From: a candidate division WOR-1 bacterium RIFOXYB2_FULL_42_35
Lineage (GTDB): Bacteria; Margulisbacteria; WOR-1; O2-12-FULL-45-9
DNA length: 64,000 nucleotides
NCBI GenBank assembly: GCA_001771545.1
Contig: MEUC01000005.1
Coordinates: 2,379 to 66,378, forward strand
Direction of reading: 5' to 3'
Shown here one piece after another: positions 1 to 10,369 of the stretch. A model generated the notes under the pieces. The model saw only the letters and a list, made by a program, of their open reading frames with translations. It did no database searches and was not told the DNA's origin. The translations under genes and the position numbers were made by a program. The first letter of the stretch is position 1; each line of letters begins with the position of its first letter.

Positions 1-1127
1 CTGATACTCCTCAAAAGCTTTCAGCACGCGCTGATCAATAAGTTGATAATCGTTTTTAGTTGGATCTAAATTATTGTAAAGTTTGTAGTAAGCCGCCATC
101 TGTGGAGAAAGTTGTTTAGGAACAATTTTACCTTTAGACGCTACAAAATCATTCAGCTCTCTATAGAAAACAAAGTTTTTATTTTGGCCAACACAATCAT
201 TCAAGTCATCAGAACCAGATAAGGTCAAGAGATGAACCAGGTCTTTAACCAGCATAGTTTGCTCATAGAGCAGTTCCCCTGCCGCATAAGCCATCTCCGG
301 ATAATGGTTTTTGCCGTCTTTTGTCCATAACAGAACATACTTACCAAAATCATGGCCAGCGTAGCGGGCAGAAACAAGCCGGCCTTGTTTATCAACAGAA
401 ATATCATAATAATTATATTGCTGCTGCTCAGTCGGCGACTGCAAATCCTTAACAAGATGAGCCGGTAATTGATACCAATGTTGGTTTTCTTGATAGACCC
501 ATTGATTGTTATTTTTAACCAACCAGGCTCCAAAAGGGACAATAGTATTTTTATAATAAGCACTACTAATGTAATGGTCAGTAGCTCTCAGAATAGAATA
601 ATTACCGGCATCCGTTGGCGTGGTTAACATAAAATCCCAGCTAATTGGCTGGTTTTTCTTTACTCCAAAAGCAACCAAAAACGGCTGGTCTGGTCCTGCT
701 AAGGCTTTAACCTGGGCATAGGGCTGGTTATTAACTAAAATCAGTAATTTGTCCAGAGATGGATAAGCGATTAAACTAGTAGAATTATTTCTGAAATATT
801 GGGCTAAACCTTTAACTTCAGGCTGATTATTAATCAGACCAGCCAAATAAGGGATTCTGCTGAAATCATAAGTTGGGTCTTTTTTGTCCAGTTTATAATT
901 CATCACTCTAAATGGTGCACCCTTAGGGACAACCTGACTCAAAAGATAAATATCAGCTGGGGTTAAGTGTAAACAACCATGGCTGTCATAAGGAAAACCC
1001 AAATAATCATTAAAATAGATTGCCAAGTTGGTTTTATTAATAGTCTCAATACTTTGGTAGGTTTGAGCAAAGGCCAGTGAGGCTAAACCAAAAAGAACTA
1101 ACACTGCTAGACAAAGTTTTGTTCTCA
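1..1127 (-). CDS. Secreted protein with L,D-transpeptidase-like SHGC catalytic motif (the gene's 3' part lies beyond the window start)
   Basis: Hand translation of the minus strand from the ATG at 1127 gives MRTKLCLAVLVLFGLASLAFAQ (signal peptide), then ...PYDSHGCLHLTPADIYLLSQVVPKGAPFRV, which matches the YkuD motif SHGC(I/V)R. The frame stays open for ~375 codons to position 1. It is not in the ORF track because it runs off the edge. Confidence 0.4.
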
Positions 1128-1200
1128 TGGCATAATTCTAACTCAAAGGCTGACAGTTTGTAAGCCCAGGAGTTTTAAATTAACATTAGGAGGTATTGAG

Positions 1201-1920
1201 ATGAAAAAAGCAGTTTGTCTGGCAGTTACAGTTCTATCATTAGCAATCAGTATTGGGGTGGTTTGCTCCAATCCGGTTGAGGCCCAAAACAAGCTAATCA
1301 GAAAAACAATTACCAAGGTGATCCAACCGGAAATATCCTCTGTGTCCGCCCCAACGGTAACCACCGTTGAAGCCAACCCAACCCTATCGCCCGCACCGCC
1401 ACCACCACCAAATTATGATGTTACCCCTGTTACCGAAGATAAGGGTTTACTCGGTTGGGGACAAAACATTGACCTAGGCGGCTTCATTCAAGCCGGCAAT
1501 GGTGTTTTGGGTTTTAGGGCTAACTGGCTTTTTGCTGACCCATGGCAACTCGGTTCTAAGATCGGCTTGTCAGAAGATGCAGTTGAATACAAAGTTGGCA
1601 CTGGATTAGCTTTTGGTTCAGACCTTAACAATAATGCCATCAATACTATTCCCCTTTTCGCTGATGCAGTTGTTCATCTAAAAGAAGGCTCACTTTTTGG
1701 CCAGGATCCTTATGTTGGCGCCGGTCTAAATTACAACTTATATGGAACTGACTCAAACTTTGGCACTTGGGGCGGCCAATTTTATGGGGGAGTGCTAGTT
1801 GATTTTGGCTTTGCTTCCGGTAAAACAGGCTTAGAAATAGGTTATAGCGCTTTAAGAGTTGGAGATATCCGCTCAGCTAAAGGAATTTCTTTCTCGGTTA
1901 GGCAACCGTTAAGACTCTAA
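1201..1920 (+). CDS. Secreted Pro-linker plus Gly/aromatic-rich beta-strand protein (hypothetical, possible beta-barrel/porin-like)
   Basis: N-terminal signal peptide MKKAVCLAVTVLSLAISIGVVCSNPVEAQ, a PAPPPPPNY linker, then an alternating G/Y/F-rich C-terminal region. There is an AGGAGG RBS 6 nt upstream. Confidence 0.5.
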   Translation: MKKAVCLAVTVLSLAISIGVVCSNPVEAQNKLIRKTITKVIQPEISSVSAPTVTTVEANPTLSPAPPPPPNYDVTPVTEDKGLLGWGQNIDLGGFIQAGNGVLGFRANWLFADPWQLGSKIGLSEDAVEYKVGTGLAFGSDLNNNAINTIPLFADAVVHLKEGSLFGQDPYVGAGLNYNLYGTDSNFGTWGGQFYGGVLVDFGFASGKTGLEIGYSALRVGDIRSAKGISFSVRQPLRL

Positions 1921-1939
1921 AATTTACGATTAACTTAAA

Positions 1940-1976
1940 AAAATAGGGCAAGGGATTTTTCCCTTGCCCTTAATTT
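1940..1976. terminator. Bidirectional rho-independent terminator between convergent genes
   Basis: Perfect 9-bp stem GGGCAAGGG/CCCTTGCCC with loop ATTTTT, flanked by A-run and T-run. Confidence 0.7.
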
Positions 1977-2009
1977 ATAGGCTAAAATCGATCATAACAA
2001 TCTCCTTCT

Positions 2010-3131
2010 TTACAGTAATAAGTTGCGAACATATTCGGCAATCGCTGGTGAAGCAGTTAACCCGGGAGATTCAATGCCAATTAAATTAATAAAACCTGGC
2101 AATCCTTGTTCTTTTTCATCCTGAATCACAAAATCCCTAACACCCTCTCCCTGCCCCTGCAATTTCGGTCTTATCCCTGAAGTATCAACTCTTAAATCTT
2201 CTAATTCAACAAACGGGAGAATTTTTTTGGCCGATTCATAGAATGCTGTGGCTTTATTAGGATCAACGTCATAATTCAAATCCCTACTGTTGATATAAGT
2301 GGCATCTGGTCCCAAACGCAGCTCTCCTTGCAGATTTAAGGTAGCATGAACACCCAGCCCGGCACCCTTAACTTCTGGCACCGGATAAACCAAGTGTTTG
2401 ATTGATTTGCTTTTACCATGCCCCACACTGAAATAATCCCCTTTACAATACTTTAAATCATAACCCAGCTTCTCAACCTCAAGGCCAACATAACTGGCCA
2501 AGGTATCAGATTCTAAGCCGGCAGAATTAATTACTACCTCTGAAAAAAACGAGAACTCATCACCGTTATTGCCAACCATTACCTCATAGCCAAAAGCGAT
2601 TTTTTGTACCCCCACAACCTCACAAGAATAGGAAATCTCCGCCCCCTTGGCTTTTGCCTCTATCTCAAAGTGCTTCATCAAAGCATGGGAATCAATAATG
2701 CCTGTTGAAGTAGAATAAATAGCCGCCAGACCAGCAACGTTAGGTTCAAGTTTTTTCACTTCCGCAGCAGAAATTATTTTCAAATCGCGTACGCCATTTT
2801 TCTTAGCCTTAGCTAAAATTGCTTCCAGACAAATAACTTCTGTTTGGTTGGTGGCCACAATTAACTTGCCCAATTTTTGACAAGGAATATTATACTGCTG
2901 GCAAAGGTCATAAAGCAGCTGATTACCTTCAACACAAAGCTTAGCCTTGAGCGAACCTGGCGGATAATAAATCCCAGCATGAATAACTTCACTATTACGA
3001 CTGCTGGTTTCTTGCCCAAAAGCAGAGTGTTTTTCGAGAACGAAAACAGATTTTCTATCATCGGACAATGTTGCAGCGAGACTCAAACCAACAACCCCTG
3101 CCCCAATAATAGTTATATCAACTTTGTCCAT
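2010..3131 (-). CDS. FAD-dependent oxidoreductase, L-2-hydroxyglutarate oxidase (LhgO/YgaF)-like
   Basis: DITIIGAGVVGLS dinucleotide-binding motif and SRNSEVIHAGIYY motif. The probable start is the internal MDKVD (the track ORF extends to 3173). TAATG stop/start overlap with the upstream epimerase. Confidence 0.6.
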   Translation of the reverse strand: MDKVDITIIGAGVVGLSLAATLSDDRKSVFVLEKHSAFGQETSSRNSEVIHAGIYYPPGSLKAKLCVEGNQLLYDLCQQYNIPCQKLGKLIVATNQTEVICLEAILAKAKKNGVRDLKIISAAEVKKLEPNVAGLAAIYSTSTGIIDSHALMKHFEIEAKAKGAEISYSCEVVGVQKIAFGYEVMVGNNGDEFSFFSEVVINSAGLESDTLASYVGLEVEKLGYDLKYCKGDYFSVGHGKSKSIKHLVYPVPEVKGAGLGVHATLNLQGELRLGPDATYINSRDLNYDVDPNKATAFYESAKKILPFVELEDLRVDTSGIRPKLQGQGEGVRDFVIQDEKEQGLPGFINLIGIESPGLTASPAIAEYVRNLLL

Positions 3132-4171
3132 TAGAAGAAATGTTTGACAAGCCCTAAAATACCCTGACTCCATGGCACCCGATGAGATATTCCGGATTTA
3201 TTCTGAAAAGTATGAAGATTTTCCAAGTACCATTTATAATTACGAGTCAAAGCATCCTTATTGGAAAACTTTGGTTTAAAGCCCAAAATCTTTTCCGCCT
3301 TGTCTGTGCCAACAAAAGAATCAGTCGCTGCCGTTTCATAAACCCATTGGTAAAGTGGGGACAATTTAAAAAACTCTAAAACTTTCAAAGCCACAATAAC
3401 TGGCCAAGCAGGAAAACCGATGATCTTTTTACCAAAACCAGCTGCAGTTAAGACCGCTTGAAAATCTTCCTTCATAGTCGTAAAGTCATGCGCACCAACA
3501 TTAAAAGTGTCGTTAACAATCTTTTTATCCTTAGTCATACACAAATAGATAGCTTCACACAAATCCTCAACATCCAACAATTGGTAACGATTATTACCGC
3601 TGCCAATCATAGGAAAATTCTTGCCATCTTTGGCCCAGTCATAAAGCATGGCAAAAACACCCAAGCGTTCCGGCCCTATAAATGATTTTGGCCTGATAAT
3701 CGGCACGCATAACCCCTTGGCTCGATATTCAAGACAAGCATCTTCAGCTAAGATTTTAGCTTCGCCATAATAACCGACTCCGATCTTTTTATCATCCTCA
3801 AAGATCGGGTGATGGTCTGGCACGCCATAGACAGCAGTTGAGGAAATATGTACAAAACGATCAACTTTATGCTCAAAAGCTGCTTTAACTAAAACTTGCG
3901 TCCCTTTTACTTCTGTTGACATTATTTCTTCTTTTTCATACAGAGGTAAAGCTGCTGCCGTATGAATAACAATCTGCACTCCTTGCATGGCAGCATTAAC
4001 AGCATTTTCGTCTCTAATATCACCAACAATGATTTTGACCTTATCCCTTTCCGGATAATCAAACTCTGCTAGATCTAAGGAAACAATATCCTTAATTCCT
4101 TTATTGAACAGATATCGGATCATATTAATCCCCAGAAATCCAGAACCGCCAGTAACTAATACTTTCATCAT
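3131..4171 (-). CDS. NAD-dependent epimerase/dehydratase (SDR family)
   Basis: MMKVLVTGGSGFLG Rossmann motif. Strong AAAGGAGGA RBS 5 nt upstream of ATGATG at 4171 (the track ORF extends to 4225). Confidence 0.75.
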   Translation of the reverse strand: MMKVLVTGGSGFLGINMIRYLFNKGIKDIVSLDLAEFDYPERDKVKIIVGDIRDENAVNAAMQGVQIVIHTAAALPLYEKEEIMSTEVKGTQVLVKAAFEHKVDRFVHISSTAVYGVPDHHPIFEDDKKIGVGYYGEAKILAEDACLEYRAKGLCVPIIRPKSFIGPERLGVFAMLYDWAKDGKNFPMIGSGNNRYQLLDVEDLCEAIYLCMTKDKKIVNDTFNVGAHDFTTMKEDFQAVLTAAGFGKKIIGFPAWPVIVALKVLEFFKLSPLYQWVYETAATDSFVGTDKAEKILGFKPKFSNKDALTRNYKWYLENLHTFQNKSGISHRVPWSQGILGLVKHFF

Positions 4172-4184
4172 AGGATCCTCCTTT

Positions 4185-5171
4185 TTACAAACAAGCCAAA
4201 TTTTTTTCCAGATAGTTGCGAACATAATCGGAAACAGAAGTTTCCAGTGAGTTGAAGCGAACCGGCAAGCCAGTTTTTTTAAGCTTGCTTAAATCTGCCT
4301 GTGTAAAATATTGGTATTTATCCTTAACAATTCCTGGCATCTCAATATAGTCAATTTTTACTTCCAAGCCTAAGGCTGAAAAAATAGCTTTACCCAAATC
4401 ATTCCAGGTTCTGGCCTGCCCGGTACCAATATTATATATTCCTTTTACTTGAGGATTTTTATAGAATTCGAACATTAAGTCAACTACATCCTTAATATAG
4501 ACAAAGTCGCGCTTCTGTTCCCCATCTTTATACTCCGGTTTGTAAGATTTAAAAAGTCTAATCTTCTTATCCTTCTTAATCTGCTGATAAGCCTTAACCA
4601 CTAGACTGCGCATATCGCCTTTGTGGTACTCGTTAGGCCCATAAACATTGAAATATTTCCAACCCACAACTTTATCAACTAATTTATTATTGATCAGCCA
4701 AAAATCAAAGTTTTGTTTTGATTGACCATAGAGGTTGAGCGGTTTTAAAGTTAGGCTCTTGGCATCATCATCCGAATATCCCTGGTTTCCATCACCGTAA
4801 GTGGCAGCTGAGCTAGCGTAGAAAAAAGGAATCTCATCTTTTAGCGCCCACTCAGCGAGAGACTTGGAATATCCATAATTATTTTGGCGCAGATATTCTT
4901 CGTTCAGCTCAGTAGTTGAAGAACAAGCCCCGATGTGAAAAACGGCTTTAACATTTCCAGGCAGCTTCCCTGCCCTAACATCATTGATAAATTCGTCTTT
5001 ATCAAGACAATCAACATATTGCTTATTAGCTAGATTTTTTTTCTTGAGGTCGGAATTAAATTCATCAACAATGAGAATTTGGGTCTCCCCCCCGGAATTA
5101 AGTTTACCTAGAAAGCAGCTGCCAATAAAACCGGCTCCACCGGTTAAGACAATTAAATCTTTTTCAGACAC
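4185..5171 (-). CDS. hldD: ADP-L-glycero-D-manno-heptose 6-epimerase
   Basis: LTGGAGFIGS, GACSSTTE, YGYSKSL, ASSAATYG, YFNVYGP and YFTQADL all match HldD/RfaD hallmarks. Confidence 0.85.
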   Translation of the reverse strand: MSEKDLIVLTGGAGFIGSCFLGKLNSGGETQILIVDEFNSDLKKKNLANKQYVDCLDKDEFINDVRAGKLPGNVKAVFHIGACSSTTELNEEYLRQNNYGYSKSLAEWALKDEIPFFYASSAATYGDGNQGYSDDDAKSLTLKPLNLYGQSKQNFDFWLINNKLVDKVVGWKYFNVYGPNEYHKGDMRSLVVKAYQQIKKDKKIRLFKSYKPEYKDGEQKRDFVYIKDVVDLMFEFYKNPQVKGIYNIGTGQARTWNDLGKAIFSALGLEVKIDYIEMPGIVKDKYQYFTQADLSKLKKTGLPVRFNSLETSVSDYVRNYLEKNLACL

Positions 5172-6241
5172 TTAAGATCTTCCCCTTCCCAGTCCATTTT
5201 TAAGCGTTTTCTCTTTTTGGTCAAACTCTTGCCAAAAACATACCCGGTTAAGAGTGGCAGAGAAACACTCGGTTCAACCCAAGCCATGGCATATTTAGCC
5301 TCTTTCTTAAGTTTTCCCCAGGAGCGCGATTCACCCAAAGTTGAACCCGAAAGCCCACCATCTTGAGTAACTGCAGTTGTAACCTGAATGGCATAATCAT
5401 GACCACGATCCAAACCAAAAATATAGCCCATCACAATTGAATCGTTGATATAATTCTTAGGCACACCACCAGCAACGTAGATCGCTCCGGTTTTAGGGGA
5501 TTTAACAACAATTTGCACCAATTCAATATTATCCTGAATTGAATCAATGGCAATTCCTTGGCGGCCTTCTCTCTTGGCACGAACACGGTGTTCTGTTAAG
5601 CCAATGCCAATTGAAGAGTCATTCAAGGCTGGACAAAAAACCGGCACCCCATGCTGACGACACTGCCATAAAATTGACTCTTCATCATCAATCGCATCAG
5701 CCAAGTGTTCCAAATAGGCTCGGCTGGAATAATTACCAGGTTTCATCTTATCAGCAACTTGCCCGCAAAATAAGTCGGCTTGAAAAACTTTTTCTTCATC
5801 AATATACGTATCGTAGATGCGGTCGATCTTTAAATCCCTTAAAGTTGGGTCATCTGCATCAATACTGCCAAGATAATGGCCGTGTCCAAGAGCAGCGTAG
5901 ACATCTTGATAAATAATTGCTCCGGTTGAAACAACCACGTCAACTGCTTTGTTAACTATTAAATCACGGATAACTCTTCTTAAACCTGCAGCAATTAATG
6001 GTCCAGCTAGACCAAGCAAAACTGTAGGACGCTTTTTATCCTGATACATATTTTTGAGCACCTGGGCACACTGGCCAATATTTCTAGCTTGGATCGACAT
6101 GTCTGCCATAGCAGAAACAAGGTCGGCAACCGTGGTTTTTGAGTCTACCTTAATGTGTTTAACTCTATTCTTAAGAATGCGTCTCTTTTTGGCTTTGTCT
6201 ATCATAATAGAGACTATTTTAGCATAAAACTCACCCCCCAT
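5153..6241 (-). CDS. Deoxyhypusine synthase-like protein
   Basis: GGVPKNYI and SGSTLGESRSWGKL motifs are characteristic of the DHS family. The start is uncertain (MGGEF at 6241 or the internal MIDKAKK). Confidence 0.7.
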   Translation of the reverse strand: MGGEFYAKIVSIMIDKAKKRRILKNRVKHIKVDSKTTVADLVSAMADMSIQARNIGQCAQVLKNMYQDKKRPTVLLGLAGPLIAAGLRRVIRDLIVNKAVDVVVSTGAIIYQDVYAALGHGHYLGSIDADDPTLRDLKIDRIYDTYIDEEKVFQADLFCGQVADKMKPGNYSSRAYLEHLADAIDDEESILWQCRQHGVPVFCPALNDSSIGIGLTEHRVRAKREGRQGIAIDSIQDNIELVQIVVKSPKTGAIYVAGGVPKNYINDSIVMGYIFGLDRGHDYAIQVTTAVTQDGGLSGSTLGESRSWGKLKKEAKYAMAWVEPSVSLPLLTGYVFGKSLTKKRKRLKMDWEGEDLKCLKKI

Positions 6242-6314
6242 CTACGTAAAGGTCCCTCCCCCCCCCCTCACTTTGTAGAGGTAGGAGGGGTCCTTTTACG
6301 CAAAGACGGAGGGT

Positions 6315-6343
6315 GAGTTGATCTGACATTTTAAAGGCTCTAT
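6315..6343 (+). promoter_or_regulatory. Sigma70-type promoter (TTGATC-17-TATAAT) upstream of antiporter pseudogene
   Basis: TTGATC tgacattttaaaggctc TATAAT, lying 4 nt before the ORF at 6347. Confidence 0.5.
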
Positions 6344-6346
6344 AAT

Positions 6347-6688
6347 GTGCTTATGCAATCAATTCTAGTTGTCGGCATTATAATCTTCACCGGCTTCATC
6401 TTCGGTCAAATTGCCAACTTCTTCAAATTGCCAAGAGTAACCGGCTATATCCTGGCTGGTGTAGTTCTTAATCCGGGAATAACTCACTTAATCCCCCAAA
6501 ATTTTATTAATCACACAGACCTGGTCACAAACATTGCCCTTTCTATTATCACTTTTTCTATTGGCGGCAGTTTAGTGTAATAATTGGGGCTACAGTTTTA
6601 CACGAACTAATCGGCCCCATCTGCGCCGAGATCGCATTAAAAGCTGCTGGAGAAATTAAAAACCCTTAGAGTAATTAGCGCGGTGCCG
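6347..6688 (+). pseudogene. CPA2-family cation/proton antiporter remnant (N-terminal 77 aa plus C-terminal ~29 aa; ~300 aa of middle deleted)
   Basis: The N-terminal piece ...KLPRVTGYILAGVVLNPG is the CPA2 TM1-2 signature. After the stop at 6580 another frame reads IIGATVLHELIGPICAEIALKAAGEIKNP*, a typical CPA2 membrane-domain C-terminus. Confidence 0.6.
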
Positions 6689-6692
6689 ACTT

Positions 6693-9600
6693 TTACGCTT
6701 TTCGATGATAATCTTGCAACGCCTTAACATCAAAACCTTTTTTCTTCAGAGCATCAAGACCATTGACAGTGGCTCGGGCGCCAGAAATCGTCGTAATCAG
6801 CGGTACATTGTGCATCACGGCTAGTGAGCGGATTTTTGCTTCATCAATTTTAGTCTTCTTGCCCCCGGGAGTATTAATTAAAAAGGCAATCTCTCCTCTG
6901 TTAAGTAAATCAAGGATAGAGCCGGCTTCTTCATGAATTTTAGCTACGATTTTAACAGCGACCCCATTCTTCGTTAAAACCTTACCCGTTCCGGCCGTTG
7001 CTACAATACTATAACCAAGATCAACCAATCGTTTGGCAATCAAGATAATTGACCGTTTATCCTTATTTTTCACACTAACAAAAATCTGGCCGGATAAAGG
7101 GATCTTTTGACCTGCTGCTATCTGCGCCTTCATAAAAGCCCGGCCATAATCACTATCAATCCCCATAACCTCACCGGTTGATTTCATTTCCGGCCCCAAA
7201 ACAGCATCTGCACCAGGAAAACGATTAAAAGGAAAAACAGCTTCTTTAACCGCCACATGATCAATCTCAACTTCTTTTTCAATGCCTAACTGTTTCAAAG
7301 TTTTGCCAATCATCACCTTGGTAGCGATTTTGGCCCAGGGGATACCAGTTGCTTTACTGACAAAAGGAACTGTTCGGGAAGCGCGCGGGTTGACCTCTAA
7401 AACATACAAGGTGTCACCCTGAACTGCATATTGAATATTCATCAGGCCTTTAACTTTTAGCTCTTTTGCCAAGGCATAGGTTGATTTTTTTATCTCCTCG
7501 ATCATTTCTTCTGAGAGAGAAAAAGGCGGTATCGCACAAGCCGAATCGCCAGAATGAATGCCTGCTTCTTCAATATGCTCCATAATACCGCAGACAACGG
7601 TTTTTTTACCGTCAGAAACGGCATCAACATCAACCTCCAGGGCATCTTCAAGAAATTTGTCGACTAAAATTGGATGCTCAGGAGAGACATCAACTGCCCA
7701 ACCCATAAATTGCTCTAAAGACTTATCATCATAAACAATTTCCATGGCCCGACCACCAAGAACATAAGAAGGACGAACCAAAACCGGATAACCAATTCTT
7801 TTAGCCACCTTTTTGGCTTCAACATAAGATCTAGCCATGCCATTGGCCGGTTGTCTTAATTTTAATTTTTTAAGGATCCGTTGAAAAAGCTGCCGATCTT
7901 CCGCTCGATCAATACTTTTCGGCGAAGTCCCAATAATCTTGCCCCCGGCTTTTTCGATCGCAAAAGCCAAATTAAGCGGGGTCTGACCACCAAATTGCAC
8001 AATAATCCCGTCTGGTTTTTCTTTTTCAATAATATGGACAACGTCTTCTTTGGTTAAGGGTTCAAAATACAATTTATCAGAAGTATCGTAGTCAGTTGAA
8101 ACTGTTTCCGGATTGGAATTGACCATGATTGATTCGATCCCTTCTTCTCTCAAAGCAAAAGAAGCGTGGCAACAACAGTAATCAAATTCAATTCCTTGAC
8201 CAATCCGGTTCGGCCCTCCGCCCAAAATCAGCACCTTTTTCCTCTTCGACGGTTTTGATTCACACTCTGATTCATAAGTTGAATAATAATATGGGGTATA
8301 AGCGGGAAACTCGGCCGCACAAGTATCAACCAACTTATAAACAGGAAAAATCTTTTGCTCAACCCGTATTTTTTTGATCTCGTCTTCTGTCTTGCCCTGC
8401 AAATGAGCAATCTGGCAATCAGAAAAACCGAGTTGCTTCATTTCAAACAAAGACAGATCCTCCCGAGGAGCTTCAAGGATCTGCTTCATATTTTCTAAGA
8501 ACCAGGGGTCAACATGGGTTAACTTATAAAGCTCATCAATTGACATGCCCTGTTCAATCGCATGGCTAATATAAAAAATTCTCCGATCATTCGGTTTGCG
8601 TAAATTCTCAATAAGTTTATCCGGCTCAATAAAAGATTTACCATCATTACCCAAACCAAAACGCCCAACTTCTAGAGACCTTAATCCTTTTTGCAAAGCT
8701 TCTTTAAAGGTTCGACCAATTGCCATCGTCTCTCCAACAGACTTCATGGAAGTACCCAACACCGCTTCAGCATCTTTAAATTTTTCAAAAGTAAAACGCG
8801 GAATTTTTACAACACAGTAATCAATGGTTGGCTCAAAAGAAGCCGGGGTTTCTTTGGTGATATCATTCCTAATTTCATCCAACGTGTATCCAACTGATAA
8901 CTTCGCCGCGAACTTAGCAATAGGAAAACCTGTCGCTTTAGAGGCTAAGGCAGAGGAACGGGAAACACGTGGATTCATTTCAATAATAATCATGCGGCCA
9001 TCTTTAGGATTAACCGCAAATTGGATATTAGAACCGCCTGTCTCAACCCCAATCTCACGAATACAACGAATCGAAGCATCTCTCATAATTTGATACTCTT
9101 TGTCAGTTAAAGTCTGCGCTGGTGCAACAGTAATAGAATCTCCGGTATGAATACCCATAGCATCAAAGTTTTCAATCGAACAGACAATTACCACGTTGTC
9201 ATTTTTATCCCGCATTACTTCCAGCTCGAATTCTTTCCAGCCGGTTAAATCTTCCTCAATTAAAACTTCATGGGTTGGGGATAACTCTTGGCCATATTTC
9301 ACTATGCGCTCATATTCTTCTTCTGTGGTGGCAATCCCAGAGCCGGTACCTCCTAAGGTGAAACTAGGACGGATAATAGCCGGGAGTTTAACATACTCAA
9401 GCAACTCTTCAGCTTGCTTCCAAGTCTTAGCGGTACCACTGCGAGGCAAATCGATCTTGGCCTTTTTCATGGCGTCCTTAAATTGTTGTCGATCTTCCGC
9501 TTTTTTGATCGCCTTAAGGTCAGCCCCAATCATCTCCACACCAAATTTTTCTAAAACACCCATTTCTGCCACAGCAACTGCAGTATTTAAACCTGTTTGG

Positions 9601-9875
9601 CCCCCCAGTGTCGGCAGCAAAGCATCTGGCCGTTCTTTCTCAATAATTTTAGCGACAATTTCTGGGGTAACGGGTTCAATATAAGTGCGATCAGCCATTT
9701 CCGGATCAGTCATAATAGTGGCTGGATTAGAATTAACTAGAATAACTTCATAGCCCTCTTCTCTCAAAGCCTTGCAAGCCTGGGAACCAGAATAGTCAAA
9801 TTCACAAGCCTGACCGATTATAATCGGACCAGCACCAATGATCATGATTTTTTTTATGTCTGTTCGTTTAGGCAC
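6693..9875 (-). CDS. carB: Carbamoyl-phosphate synthase large subunit
   Basis: 1060 aa. Two ATP-grasp halves, [24 protein letters not shown], and a C-terminal MGS-like domain. Confidence 0.95.
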   Translation of the reverse strand: MPKRTDIKKIMIIGAGPIIIGQACEFDYSGSQACKALREEGYEVILVNSNPATIMTDPEMADRTYIEPVTPEIVAKIIEKERPDALLPTLGGQTGLNTAVAVAEMGVLEKFGVEMIGADLKAIKKAEDRQQFKDAMKKAKIDLPRSGTAKTWKQAEELLEYVKLPAIIRPSFTLGGTGSGIATTEEEYERIVKYGQELSPTHEVLIEEDLTGWKEFELEVMRDKNDNVVIVCSIENFDAMGIHTGDSITVAPAQTLTDKEYQIMRDASIRCIREIGVETGGSNIQFAVNPKDGRMIIIEMNPRVSRSSALASKATGFPIAKFAAKLSVGYTLDEIRNDITKETPASFEPTIDYCVVKIPRFTFEKFKDAEAVLGTSMKSVGETMAIGRTFKEALQKGLRSLEVGRFGLGNDGKSFIEPDKLIENLRKPNDRRIFYISHAIEQGMSIDELYKLTHVDPWFLENMKQILEAPREDLSLFEMKQLGFSDCQIAHLQGKTEDEIKKIRVEQKIFPVYKLVDTCAAEFPAYTPYYYSTYESECESKPSKRKKVLILGGGPNRIGQGIEFDYCCCHASFALREEGIESIMVNSNPETVSTDYDTSDKLYFEPLTKEDVVHIIEKEKPDGIIVQFGGQTPLNLAFAIEKAGGKIIGTSPKSIDRAEDRQLFQRILKKLKLRQPANGMARSYVEAKKVAKRIGYPVLVRPSYVLGGRAMEIVYDDKSLEQFMGWAVDVSPEHPILVDKFLEDALEVDVDAVSDGKKTVVCGIMEHIEEAGIHSGDSACAIPPFSLSEEMIEEIKKSTYALAKELKVKGLMNIQYAVQGDTLYVLEVNPRASRTVPFVSKATGIPWAKIATKVMIGKTLKQLGIEKEVEIDHVAVKEAVFPFNRFPGADAVLGPEMKSTGEVMGIDSDYGRAFMKAQIAAGQKIPLSGQIFVSVKNKDKRSIILIAKRLVDLGYSIVATAGTGKVLTKNGVAVKIVAKIHEEAGSILDLLNRGEIAFLINTPGGKKTKIDEAKIRSLAVMHNVPLITTISGARATVNGLDALKKKGFDVKALQDYHRKA

Positions 9876-9891
9876 GGGAAACCTCCGGTTT

Positions 9892-9943
9892 CAATGACAA
9901 ATTAAAAATGTCAAATGACAAATGTATGTATGCCTTCGGCATG
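9892..9943. repeat. Repeat R1: conserved core CAATGACAAATTAAAAATGTCAAATGACAAATG plus GC hairpin ATGCC-TTC-GGCAT
   Basis: Shares a 25-nt block with R4 and a core plus covarying hairpin with R2 and R3. Lies between carB start and the four-helix-bundle gene stop. Confidence 0.7.
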
Positions 9944-9947
9944 TTAG

Positions 9948-10298
9948 TTATAGACTCCCTCTAGCTTTATTCGCAATCGAACTTAAAATCTTCATTAATT
10001 CATGTGATTCCTGGATCAAGTCATCCAAATTATCTTCTTTATAAATAATCTGCGCTTTTTTAATCAATCTCAACCAATATCTGGTCTCCCTAGCTTCTTT
10101 CCTTGAGATAATTACCTTATTTATAAAATCTCTCTTGGTCGCCGCTCCATCAGCCTCTTCCATGTTAGCCCCAATCGAAGTGCCTGACCTAACCAACTGT
10201 CTAGCTAATACATTTCCAGACTGAGTTTTCGGCAACTTGTCCGCAAACTTAAGTATGCGAACTCCAAATTCCAAGGTTCTATCTTGTATGTCCACCGC
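9948..10298 (-). CDS. Four-helix-bundle protein (23S rRNA intervening-sequence protein / Avd-like family, PF05635)
   Basis: ARQLVRSGTSIGANMEEADGAATKRDFINKVIISRKEARETRYWLRLI matches the family signature (RSAxSIxxNIAEG...KdFi...iArgS..E..ywL). The likely start is a GTG with GAGGAGG RBS 8 nt upstream (the track ORF starts at a TTG at 10322). Confidence 0.65.
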   Translation of the reverse strand, partial: AVDIQDRTLEFGVRILKFADKLPKTQSGNVLARQLVRSGTSIGANMEEADGAATKRDFINKVIISRKEARETRYWLRLIKKAQIIYKEDNLDDLIQESHELMKILSSIANKARGSL

Positions 10299-10316
10299 GA
10301 CCACCTCCTCAACCAA

Positions 10317-10366
10317 TGTCAAATTTCAAATGACAAATGTCAAATGAATGTGTGCCTCCGGCACAT
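10317..10366. repeat. Repeat R2: core GACAAATGTCAAATGAATGTGT plus GC hairpin GTGCC-TCC-GGCAC
   Basis: Same core-then-hairpin layout as R1. It forms an inverted-repeat pair with R3 across the TIR gene. Confidence 0.7.
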
Positions 10367-10369
10367 TAT

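Noticed and set aside
225-563. Track ORF 225..563 (-) of 112 aa
   Set aside because: It is an alternative frame inside the longer signal-peptide-bearing reading frame that runs from 1127 to the window start. The long frame has coherent protein-like composition; this one does not.
8129-9684. Several 60-160 aa ORFs on the plus strand inside carB (8129..8377, 8596..8820, 8691..8897, 8824..9093, 9196..9684)
   Set aside because: They lie antisense to a well-supported 1060-aa carB reading frame and have low-complexity, Ser/Lys-rich composition with no motifs. They are typical shadow ORFs.
9948-10322. Four-helix-bundle protein as the Avd component of a diversity-generating retroelement
   Set aside because: The family is shared with DGR Avd proteins, but no reverse transcriptase and no ~100-bp template/variable repeat pair with adenine-specific mismatches is present nearby. 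The flanking repeats are short AT-rich cores with hairpins.
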